The notes under the pieces: generated by a model
Databases searched by the model: none
What the model saw: only the letters and a program-made list of their open reading frames with translations
What the model was told of the DNA's origin: nothing
Shown: one piece after another, positions 24,337-35,867 of the stretch
How positions within the stretch are numbered: the first letter of the stretch is position 1
How the letters are laid out: every line of letters starts with the position of its first letter
From: Candidatus Eiseniibacteriota bacterium
GTDB taxonomy: Bacteria > Eisenbacteria > RBG-16-71-46
Direction: 5' to 3'
NCBI GenBank assembly: GCA_963717935.1
Contig: CAVQXP010000004.1
Coordinates: forward strand, 1,664,001 to 1,728,000
DNA length: 64,000 nucleotides
Position numbers and translations under genes: made by a program

Positions 24337-27300
24337 ATGAAGAAGTCCCTCTGCCTGGCCCTCGCCATCCTGCTCGGTTCGGTCATCTGGACGGTTGTGG
24401 CGCCCGGTGCCGCATCGGCCTCGACGACGATCGAACGCGAGTTCCGCTATGGCCGGGACCAGTTCGAGCTGACCCGGAATGCCGACGGCACGACTCACGT
24501 GGAGATGAGCTCGGCCACGCGGGAAGGCACCGCCGGCCGTCCGGACCTGCCCCTGGTGGGTGAGCGCGTGGAGCTGCCTCTGGGGTTGCGGCTCGCAGCG
24601 GTGGAGATCGTCGGGCTCGAGACGGTCCCGCTGGCGCAGGGCGTGCGGTTGCCGAGCGCGATGCTCATGCGCCCCGGGGTGGACGGTCTCGAGCGCTCGG
24701 CGCCGGACCCGGCGATCTTCGGGCATGCGGGCTTCGTCCCCGAGCAGATGGTGCAGGTCGGTGCGCAGGGGTTCGAGCGCGGGCGGAATCTGGCCTACGT
24801 CGTGGTCGCGCCCGTGCGCTGGAACCCGGCGACGGGCGAACTGGAGCGGGTCGAGCGGGTGCGCGTGCGCCTGGTGCTCGAGTCCACCTCGGAGCGGCCG
24901 CTGGAGCGCGAACGCGTGGTGCCCGAGTGGGAGGACGGCGGCGGCGGTGGGGCTGCTCCCGGCTCGCGCGCGGCGCGGCCGACGGCCCTGGTGGATGGCA
25001 CACGTCTGGCGGAGCCCTTCAAGGCCACGCAATTGCCCTCGTTGCTGGGCAGCCCGGTCGCCTATGTCATCGTCACGAACGACGCGATGGCTCCGGCCTT
25101 CCAGCAGCTCGCGGACTGGAAGACGCAGAGCGGCGTCCCCGCCGTGGTGCGCACGATCTCGTTCATCAAGCAGGAGTACCCATTCGGCGCCGATGACGCC
25201 GAACGCGTGCGCTCCTTCATCCGAGACGCCTACTCGCGCTGGGGCGCGAAGTGGGTCCTCCTGGGGGGCGATACCGACGTGGTTCCCACGCGTTTCGCCC
25301 ACACCACCTTCTACGGTGGCGAGTCCATCTCCACGGACCTCTACTTCTCGTGCCTGGATGGCAACTGGAACGCCGACGGGGACAGCCTCTACGGCGAGGG
25401 CGCCGTCAGCTACCCGGTGGCCGCGGGCGACTCCGCCGACCTGCTGCCCGAGGTCTATGTGGGGCGCGCCCCCGCCAGCACGCTCGCCGAGGCGCAACTG
25501 TTCGTGGACAAGGCCATGAAGTACGAGCGGGAGCCCGTAGCCGACTACATGAACACCATCATATCCTTCGCCGAGGTGCTCTTCCCGCAGACCTGGTACC
25601 CGGGCATGGCGACCCAGCTCGACGGGGCCGAACTCATCGACTACGACTTGCTGCCCATCCTGGACACCGTGCCCTGGGTCCACTCCGCGCGGCTCTACGA
25701 GAACTACACCGACGCGCGCTGGCGCCCGGGCGCGCTCCCCGAGTCGCGGGCCCGGGCGATCGATTCGCTGAACGTGGGCTACAACATCGCGGTGCACGTC
25801 GGGCACGGCTACCGCAACACCATGAACATGGGGGACATCGGTCTCACCAACACCGAGGCGATCGCGCTCACGAACGGCGACCGACTGACGAACCTGTACG
25901 CCATCAACTGCAACTCCACGGCAATCGATTACCCGTGCGTCGCCGAGGCGTTCATGAAGGCCCCCAACGGCGGCACCGTCACCGTCGTCGGTTCCACGCG
26001 GTACGATTTCCCGACCTACGGCCGCCAGTACAAGAAGGAGTACTTCGAGCTCCTGTACCAGGAGGATGTCACCGCCGTCGGCGAGGCGCAGGCGCGGCAG
26101 AAGCTGCCGTTCGTGAGCCTGTCCGCCTACGATGGCGCGCACCGCTGGACGCAGATGTCACTGGTCCTGCTGGGTGACCCGGAGCTGCACATCTACACGG
26201 CCACGCCGCGCACGCTCAGCGTCGTGCACCCGGCCTCGATGCCGGTGAGCGATTCGACGCTGGCCGTGAACGTGGCGGTGGACGGCGTGCCGCTCGACAG
26301 CGCGCGGGTGACGGTCTACCGGGCGGACCACGAGTTCGCGAGCGCCCTCACCGACGCGGCCGGGAACGTGACGCTGGCGGTCCGGCCCGACACCCTCGGC
26401 GCCCTGACCCTGACGGTGACCGGGCTCAATTGCCGGCCCTACCAGGCCTCGGTTTCCCTGGTGGCTGGCGCCTACCCCGCGCTGGCGGGGTGCGCGGTCC
26501 TCGTCGACGACAGCGGCGCGGACGGCACCTCCGGCAATGGCAACGGGATCTGGGACGCCGGGGAGACGGTCGCCCTGTACCCGATGCTCCGGAACAACGG
26601 CGGCGCGGACGCGACGTCCGTGTCGGGCGGGTTGCTGACGACCGACGGGCTGGTCACCCTCCTGCAGCCCGCCGCGAGCTACGGCACGATCGCCGTGGCG
26701 GACAGCGCGAGCCCGTCTCCGGGCCTGCTCGTCGGCCTTCCGTTCACGGCGGAGGACCAGCGCGAGGTCCCCTTCGATCTGTACCTGACCGATGGCACGG
26801 GGCGCACGTACCTGGAGCGCTTCCAGCTGACGGTTCGGGCTCCCGAGCTGCGGCACTCCGCGCACGTCATGGTGGACGTGGGCGGGAACCTCGACGGACG
26901 CCCCGACCCGGGCGAGACGGTGGCCTGCTACATCAAGCTGCGCAACCTGGGCACCGGGGTCGCCCAGGGCGTGTCGGCCCGGCTGCGCAATCTCGACGGG
27001 CTCGCCACGGTGACCGATAGCATGGCATCGTGGGCCGACATCCAGCCCGGCGAGGAACTGACGGGGGACGCGTTCAAGTTCACGCCGACGAGCACCGCTG
27101 CCACACTCCTGCTGGTGGTCTCGGACCAGTACGGGGAGCGGCTGCAACAGACGCTGGACATCCTGTACCCGTCCATGCCACAGGGGCTGCTGAGCCTCGG
27201 TGCGGGGGGCAGGATCTCGCTCACCTGGGCGAAGGTCGGGGACACGGGACTGATGGGCTACAACGTCTACCGCGCCACCGCGTCCGCCGGGCCCTTCGTC

Positions 27301-29064
27301 AAGGTGACCCCGGTGCCCACCGACCGCACGGCCTACTTCGTGGACGACGGGCTGGCGCCGCTGACGCGCTACTACCACAAGGTCACGTCCGTGGACCTGT
27401 CCGGCAACGAGTCGACGCCCTCGGCGGCGGTGTCCGCCTGGACGAACCCGCCGGCGCATCCCAGTTTCCCGATCCAGACCCGCCGCCTGTCGCCCGCCCC
27501 CGTGGCGGTGGACCGCATCTACGACGGCTACCCGATGGACATCGTGGCCGGTGCCGACGTGCTCTACCTGTGGCATCCGGACGGCAGCGCCCCGGTGGAC
27601 GCCGACGGCTCCGCGTTCACTTCGGGGGATTTCACGACCCAGGGCAGCTACTACGCGGGCGGTCCCACGGTCGCCGACCTCGACGGTGGCGACAAGGAGA
27701 TCCTCGGGTCCACCTGGGATAGCCACACGATCTACGCGTTCGACCTCGAGGGCCAGGCGAAGCCGGGTTGGCCGGTCACGGTCGCCGACGCCATGTACGC
27801 GGCCGTGGCCGTTGCCGACCTGCAGGGCGACGGGCCGAAGGAGGTCGTGGTGGGCTCGAACGGGTACGACATCTACGCGCTGCAGGCGAACGGTGCCGAG
27901 CTGATGGACGGCGACAACAATCCGGCGACCGTGGGCGTGTTCAAGCACACGGGGGCCATGTACAACTACGGCTCGCCGGCGCTGGCGCCGATCCAGAACG
28001 ACGGCACGAACGCGATCGTCTACGGTGCGTCGGACGCGCGCCTCTACGTCTGGCGGTACGACGGCAGCAACGTGCCCGGCTTCCCCGCGACCCTCGGGGG
28101 CGGCGTGCGCAGCTCGCCTGCGGTGGGCAGCCTGGACGGGCCCGCTGGCCAGCTCAGCATCGTGGTCCCTGCGATGTGCGACTCCCTCTACGTGTTCGGT
28201 GCCGACGGATCGCGCCGGCCGGGCTTCCCGGTCTACTGCCGCATGGAGGCGAACGGCCGGAATCCCTCGCCCGCATTGGCCGACATGGACGGTGATGGCT
28301 ACCTCGACATCGTCCAGGCCAACACCATCGGCGGTCTCTACGTGTGGGACCGCAACGGGGCCATCGTCCCGCCGTGGAACAACATCCGCTACAGCGCGCT
28401 CACGAGCTGGGCGACGGATTGCAGCCCGGTGGCGGCCGACATCGACGGTGACGGCCATCCGGACGTCCTGATGGGCGAGGCGAGCGGCCAGCTGACCGCG
28501 TTCTCCGGCGCTGACGCCAGCATGCTGCCCGGGTTCCCCATCCAGCTCGCGGGCGACGTGTGTGGCTCGCCCGCACTGTGTGACTGTGACGGTGACGGGA
28601 AGACCGAGATCGTGGTCGCCGGCCTGGACCTGACGGTCTACATGTGGGACTACGACTTCCCGTTCTCGCCCGGGCAGGTCCCGCCGTGGCCGCAGTTCCA
28701 CCACGACCCCGCGCGCACGGGCTATGCGGCGACCCCGATCGTGGTGGGGACGGAGGAGGAGACCCCGGTCCTGCCGCGCGCGCTGGAGCTGGCGGCCCCC
28801 GCGCCGAACCCGGCGAGGGGCGGAACGCGGCTCTGGTACGGCGTTCCTGCCGACCGCGCGGGAGACGTGCTCGAGCTGGCGATCTACGACCTCGCCGGCC
28901 GCCGGGTGCGCACCCTGCAGAGCGGCCGGGCCGAGCCGGGGCGGCACTCCGTGTCCTGGGACCTGCGCGACGCGGCGGGGGCGCCGGCGCATGCCGGGGT
29001 GTACTTCGCCCGCTTCTCGCTGGGCGCGGAGGCCTGTTCGCGGAAGCTCGTCGTGGTCCGATAG
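24337..29064 (+). CDS. C25 family (gingipain-like) cysteine peptidase with FnIII, FG-GAP repeats and a C-terminal FlgD-Ig domain
   Basis: Signal peptide; propeptide GRPDLP; YVIVT...LADWKTQSG, WVLLGGD, TDLYFSCLDG, VYVGRAP; catalytic HVGHG and INCNS; LLGDP; ADLDG/ADMDGDG/ADIDGDG repeats; PNP...IYDLAGRRVRTL...WDL...GVYFARF tail. Confidence 0.9.
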   Translation: MKKSLCLALAILLGSVIWTVVAPGAASASTTIEREFRYGRDQFELTRNADGTTHVEMSSATREGTAGRPDLPLVGERVELPLGLRLAAVEIVGLETVPLAQGVRLPSAMLMRPGVDGLERSAPDPAIFGHAGFVPEQMVQVGAQGFERGRNLAYVVVAPVRWNPATGELERVERVRVRLVLESTSERPLERERVVPEWEDGGGGGAAPGSRAARPTALVDGTRLAEPFKATQLPSLLGSPVAYVIVTNDAMAPAFQQLADWKTQSGVPAVVRTISFIKQEYPFGADDAERVRSFIRDAYSRWGAKWVLLGGDTDVVPTRFAHTTFYGGESISTDLYFSCLDGNWNADGDSLYGEGAVSYPVAAGDSADLLPEVYVGRAPASTLAEAQLFVDKAMKYEREPVADYMNTIISFAEVLFPQTWYPGMATQLDGAELIDYDLLPILDTVPWVHSARLYENYTDARWRPGALPESRARAIDSLNVGYNIAVHVGHGYRNTMNMGDIGLTNTEAIALTNGDRLTNLYAINCNSTAIDYPCVAEAFMKAPNGGTVTVVGSTRYDFPTYGRQYKKEYFELLYQEDVTAVGEAQARQKLPFVSLSAYDGAHRWTQMSLVLLGDPELHIYTATPRTLSVVHPASMPVSDSTLAVNVAVDGVPLDSARVTVYRADHEFASALTDAAGNVTLAVRPDTLGALTLTVTGLNCRPYQASVSLVAGAYPALAGCAVLVDDSGADGTSGNGNGIWDAGETVALYPMLRNNGGADATSVSGGLLTTDGLVTLLQPAASYGTIAVADSASPSPGLLVGLPFTAEDQREVPFDLYLTDGTGRTYLERFQLTVRAPELRHSAHVMVDVGGNLDGRPDPGETVACYIKLRNLGTGVAQGVSARLRNLDGLATVTDSMASWADIQPGEELTGDAFKFTPTSTAATLLLVVSDQYGERLQQTLDILYPSMPQGLLSLGAGGRISLTWAKVGDTGLMGYNVYRATASAGPFVKVTPVPTDRTAYFVDDGLAPLTRYYHKVTSVDLSGNESTPSAAVSAWTNPPAHPSFPIQTRRLSPAPVAVDRIYDGYPMDIVAGADVLYLWHPDGSAPVDADGSAFTSGDFTTQGSYYAGGPTVADLDGGDKEILGSTWDSHTIYAFDLEGQAKPGWPVTVADAMYAAVAVADLQGDGPKEVVVGSNGYDIYALQANGAELMDGDNNPATVGVFKHTGAMYNYGSPALAPIQNDGTNAIVYGASDARLYVWRYDGSNVPGFPATLGGGVRSSPAVGSLDGPAGQLSIVVPAMCDSLYVFGADGSRRPGFPVYCRMEANGRNPSPALADMDGDGYLDIVQANTIGGLYVWDRNGAIVPPWNNIRYSALTSWATDCSPVAADIDGDGHPDVLMGEASGQLTAFSGADASMLPGFPIQLAGDVCGSPALCDCDGDGKTEIVVAGLDLTVYMWDYDFPFSPGQVPPWPQFHHDPARTGYAATPIVVGTEEETPVLPRALELAAPAPNPARGGTRLWYGVPADRAGDVLELAIYDLAGRRVRTLQSGRAEPGRHSVSWDLRDAAGAPAHAGVYFARFSLGAEACSRKLVVVR

Positions 29065-29225
29065 GGCGCGGTGCGGACGGAGGCCGCCCGGGCAGTCCCG
29101 GGCGGCCTCCTCGCGTCCGGCGCGGTCGGTCACCACGGGGTCGGTCACGGACCGCGCCGCGCCGCGCTGTGCTAGAGTCCGCCATGTCCATCCTGATCGC
29201 GTGAAGCTCAACCCTCAGGGACGCC

Positions 29226-32585
<3,360 letters not shown>

Positions 32586-32656
32586 GCGCTCAGGGCCCGG
32601 GCCGCCTTGTCCGGGGTGGCGGTCTTGGGTTACCTTCCCTGCCGCATCGAATCGAT

Positions 32657-32730
32657 TGCCCGGTGGTGTAACGGTAGCACGACTGGCTCTGGACCAGTTA
32701 GTCGAGGTTCGAATCCTTGCCGGGCAGCCA
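32657..32730 (+). tRNA. tRNA-Gln(CTG)
   Basis: Acceptor stem TGCCCGG/CCGGGCA; anticodon arm ACTGG-CTCTGGA-CCAGT; T-loop GGTTCGAATCC; encoded CCA. Confidence 0.95.
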
Positions 32731-32856
32731 GCCTCAACGTGAGTACGACGGGCGCGCCGGTCGCGCGCCCGCGTCGTTTGAGGGCTTCGGGCCCGCGGTG
32801 GATGCCGTCGCTTGACGGTCCTCGTCTTCGGCGGATAGATTCCCGCCCGCTTCCGT

Positions 32857-32932
32857 GGCGCTATCGTCTAGGGGTCTAGGACAGGTGGTTCTCAGCCATC
32901 AGACCGGGGTTCGAATCCCCGTAGCGCTACCA
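32857..32932 (+). tRNA. tRNA-Glu(CTC)
   Basis: Acceptor stem GGCGCTA/TAGCGCT; anticodon arm GGTGG-TTCTCAG-CCATC; GGTTCGAATCC; encoded CCA. Confidence 0.95.
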
Positions 32933-33006
32933 GCTTCGTGAACGCCCGCCCGCGGAGATCCCTCCGCGGGTTTCGTGTCGGGCGGCGCCGGCGCGTCCGG
33001 GCTTTC

Positions 33007-33050
33007 CCGGGGAGTGGTGGGCCGGACGCGACCGGCCCACCACTCCCCGG
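33007..33050. repeat. Perfect 19-bp inverted repeat abutting the rsgA stop (terminator or REP-like)
   Basis: CCGGGGAGTGGTGGGCCGG-ACGCGA-CCGGCCCACCACTCCCCGG between the convergent tRNA-Glu and rsgA. Confidence 0.75.
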
Positions 33051-34121
33051 CTACCGCCAGCGGTCCGCCTTCGGGTGGCGTCTGATCGAGCGGGCGATCA
33101 GCTTCCACCGGGTCTCCTCCTCGGCCCGCGCGCGCGGGTCCTGCCGCGCCTCGAGCCGGCGCAGCTCGCGGCCGAGCTTGCGCCAGCTCTCGAGCCGCGC
33201 CGGCTCGAGAGCGCCGCGCTCGACCGCGGCGCGCACGGCGCAGCCCGGCTCGTCCGCGTGGGCGCAGTCGCGGAAGCGGCAGTCCGCCGCCAGCGCCACC
33301 ACGTCCGGGAAGGCCCCGGCGAGCCCGCCGTCGTCGCCCCACAACTGCAGCTCGCGCAGGCCGGGCGTGTCGAGCAGCAGTCCGCCGCCCGGCAGGAGCA
33401 CCAGCTCGCGCCGCGTGGTCACGTGGCGTCCGCGCGAGTCGTCTTCGCGCACCGCGCCGGTCGCCTGGCGGGCCTCGCCCAGCAGCGCGTTGACGAGCGT
33501 GCTCTTGCCCACGCCCGAGGAGCCGAGCAGGGCCACCGTGCGGCCGGGCCCGAGCCACGGCGCGAGCGCGGCGAGCCCGTCCCCGGTGAGCGCCGACAGC
33601 GCCAGCACGGGCACGCCCATCCCCACCCGCTCGACCTCCGCGAGCCGCGCCGCGAGGTCGCCGGCGAGGTCCGCCTTGTTGAGCACGATCACCGGGCTCG
33701 CGCCGCTCTCCCAGGCGGCGGCCAGGTAGCGCTCGATGCGCCGCAGGTTGAAGTCGCCATCCAGCCCGGAGACGAGCAGCACGGTGTCCACGTTGGCGGC
33801 GACCACCTGTTCCTCGGTGATCTCGCCGGCAGATTTGCGCAGGAAGGCGCTGGCGCGGGGCAGGACCGCGACGATCACCGCCGTCGCCGCGGCGCCGGCG
33901 CGCGCCGCGACCCAGTCGCCCACGGCGGGCAGGTCGGAGCGGCGGCGCGCCTCGTGGCGCAGGCGGCCGGCCAGCACGGCGGGACACTCGCGCCGCCCGT
34001 CCAGCAGCAGGTAGCGGCCCCGGTCCTCGCGTGCGACGCGGGCGGGCACGAGGCCCCGCTCGCGGAAGGGGTGGAAAGCGTCCTCGAGGGTCTGGTTCCA
34101 ACCGAGATGTCGAAGCGGCAT
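33051..34121 (-). CDS. rsgA: Ribosome small subunit-dependent GTPase A
   Basis: PAVGDWV, VAANVD, NKAD, GSSGVGKSTL, GRHVTT, DTPG, and the zinc motif CRFRDCAHADEPGC. Confidence 0.93.
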   Translation of the reverse strand: MPLRHLGWNQTLEDAFHPFRERGLVPARVAREDRGRYLLLDGRRECPAVLAGRLRHEARRRSDLPAVGDWVAARAGAAATAVIVAVLPRASAFLRKSAGEITEEQVVAANVDTVLLVSGLDGDFNLRRIERYLAAAWESGASPVIVLNKADLAGDLAARLAEVERVGMGVPVLALSALTGDGLAALAPWLGPGRTVALLGSSGVGKSTLVNALLGEARQATGAVREDDSRGRHVTTRRELVLLPGGGLLLDTPGLRELQLWGDDGGLAGAFPDVVALAADCRFRDCAHADEPGCAVRAAVERGALEPARLESWRKLGRELRRLEARQDPRARAEEETRWKLIARSIRRHPKADRWR

Positions 34122-34226
34122 GGCGGCGCTACCTTTCACGCAGGGTCACTCGATGCGGGCGCGCCGGGGGCGGCCCGGGGACGATGCGGTCGGTGTGCGT
34201 CGCGCGGGACGGCGGGAAAAGCGAAA

Positions 34227-34248
34227 CGCCGCTCCTTCCGGAGCGGCG
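34227..34248 (-). terminator. Leader terminator (attenuator) upstream of rsgA
   Basis: Minus strand CGCCGCTCC-GGAA-GGAGCGGCG followed by TTTCGCTTTT. Confidence 0.65.
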
Positions 34249-34267
34249 CGGGCGCGGACTGGACGCT

Positions 34268-34324
34268 CTAGGCGCGGCGGTGGAAGGCGCGTGACGCACG
34301 GGCATCGAGGACCACGGCTGCCAT
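34268..34324 (-). CDS. Putative leader peptide MAAVVLDARASRAFHRRA
   Basis: AAGGAG RBS 6 nt before the ATG; lies between a TTGACA promoter box and the terminator. Confidence 0.55.
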   Translation of the reverse strand: MAAVVLDARASRAFHRRA

Positions 34325-34378
34325 GTCTCGCTCCTTCCCCTTCCCGGTCGCCCGCCCCCTGCGGAGCGCCGTGAGGAG

Positions 34379-34407
34379 AGGTTCCCCCAGGGTCGGGTGG
34401 CTGTCAA
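34379..34407 (-). promoter_or_regulatory. Sigma70-type promoter for the rsgA leader
   Basis: Minus strand TTGACA-N17-GAACCT: perfect -35, weak -10 that keeps the key A and T. Confidence 0.5.
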
Positions 34408-34557
34408 GGACGGGCTTCGCGGGTGGTGGTGGGGCCGCCACCAGGCCACCCGCCGCGCTCCGCCCGGTGCCGGCGGCCGGCGGGGCGCCCGCGCTGGTGA
34501 GGCGCCTCGCACATGCGGTAACGTGCCGCGGCTGGCCACGTTCCGCCGGAGGATTCG

Positions 34558-35460
34558 ATGGGTGAGGGTCTGTGGAGCGGCAGGGAGGGTGGCGGCCCGG
34601 TCCTCGTGACCGGGGCGCTGGGCTTCGTGGCGTCGCGGCTCATCCCGCGGCTCCTCGAGCGCGGGGCGCAGGTGGCGGCTCTGGTGCGCCCCGGCCGCGA
34701 CGCTTCGTGGCTCGCCTCGCTCGGTGTCGAGGCGCGGCGCGCGGACCTCGACGATCCCGCCATCGGGGCGGAGGTCTTCGCCGGCGCCGGAGCCGTGGTG
34801 CACCTCGCCGGGCTCGCCCTGGTGCCGCGCTTCCTCGGCGCGGTCGAGCAGGCGGGCGTGCCGTGCGGGGTCTTCGTGAGCTCGGCCGGCGTCTACACGC
34901 GACTCGTGAGCCCGGGCGCCGACGCCAAGCGGGCGGGGGAGGCCCGGCTGCGCGCCGCGGCACTCGAGGCGACGATCCTGCGGCCGAGCATGATCTACGG
35001 CCGCCCGGGGGACCGGAACCTGGAGCGCCTGCTGCGCTGGCTCGCGCGGGTCCCGGTGGTGCCGCTGCCGGGTGGCGGCCGCGTGCTGCAGCAGCCCGTT
35101 CACGTGGACGACCTGGTGAGCGCGATCGTGGCGTCCCTCGAGCGCCCTGCCGCGCGCCGGAGCGAGTATGACGTGGGCGGTCCCGAGGCGCTCTCGTTGC
35201 GCGCGCTGATCGAGCAGAGCGCGCAGGCCCTCGGCCGGCGCGCTCTGCTGGTCCCGCTGCCCCTGCGTCCGGTCCACGGGCTGGTGCGCGTCCTGCGCCG
35301 GATCGGACTCCCGGTGCCGATCCGGCCCGAGCAACTGCTGCGGCTCGAGGAATCGAAGGCCGTGGACATCACGCCGGCGCGGCGCGACCTGGACTTCGCC
35401 CCCCGGTCCTTCGCGGAGGGAATCAGGACGGAGGCCGCGATGCTCGCCGGACGGCGGTGA
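34558..35460 (+). CDS. NAD-dependent epimerase/dehydratase family protein
   Basis: VLVTGALGFVA, VVHLAG, ILRPSMIYG, QPVHVDDL. Confidence 0.85.
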   Translation: MGEGLWSGREGGGPVLVTGALGFVASRLIPRLLERGAQVAALVRPGRDASWLASLGVEARRADLDDPAIGAEVFAGAGAVVHLAGLALVPRFLGAVEQAGVPCGVFVSSAGVYTRLVSPGADAKRAGEARLRAAALEATILRPSMIYGRPGDRNLERLLRWLARVPVVPLPGGGRVLQQPVHVDDLVSAIVASLERPAARRSEYDVGGPEALSLRALIEQSAQALGRRALLVPLPLRPVHGLVRVLRRIGLPVPIRPEQLLRLEESKAVDITPARRDLDFAPRSFAEGIRTEAAMLAGRR

Positions 35461-35573
35461 CGGGCGCGGCGGCGGCGGCAGCGCCCGCCCGTACGCGGGT
35501 GGCTTCGTGCGAAGTGCAATCCCTGTTGCAGATTGCGGCCCGCGGGTCGGCTAACGCATTACAGCCACTTTAC

Positions 35574-35603
35574 TTGACACTCCTTCCCGGCGGCCCATAG
35601 AAT
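35574..35603 (+). promoter_or_regulatory. Sigma70 promoter of the EPS operon
   Basis: TTGACA-N18-TAGAAT, ~265 nt upstream of the ATG at 35868. Confidence 0.7.
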
Positions 35604-35867
35604 GCTTCTGTTCGGGGTGCGCGCGCGGGCGCTGTCGACCGTGCGCGCCGGGTATCTGTTGCAGCGCCTCAAACCGCTCGTCCCGAGTGGCCGCGGGGGC
35701 GGGTTCGGAGGCCGTAGGATCGCGTACCCGGACCTGCATCGGATCCAGACCTGCACAGCCATCCCTGACCGCCGCGTGCCCGGCGCCCCTTGCCGAAGCC
35801 CCTCCTTCCGGGTCCACGTCGGGCGGAGCCCCGGTCCGCATCGGTCGCTCGCCGCAGGATTGAGCCC

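Noticed and set aside
32657..33050. tRNA genes as an integration site for a mobile element
   Set aside because: No integrase, no duplicated tRNA 3' end and no compositional shift seen downstream.
35508..35576. TGCAA-N6-TTGCA palindrome and two AA..N15..TT boxes upstream of the EPS promoter
   Set aside because: Plausible regulator or IHF-like sites, but short, degenerate and unsupported by other copies, so not called.
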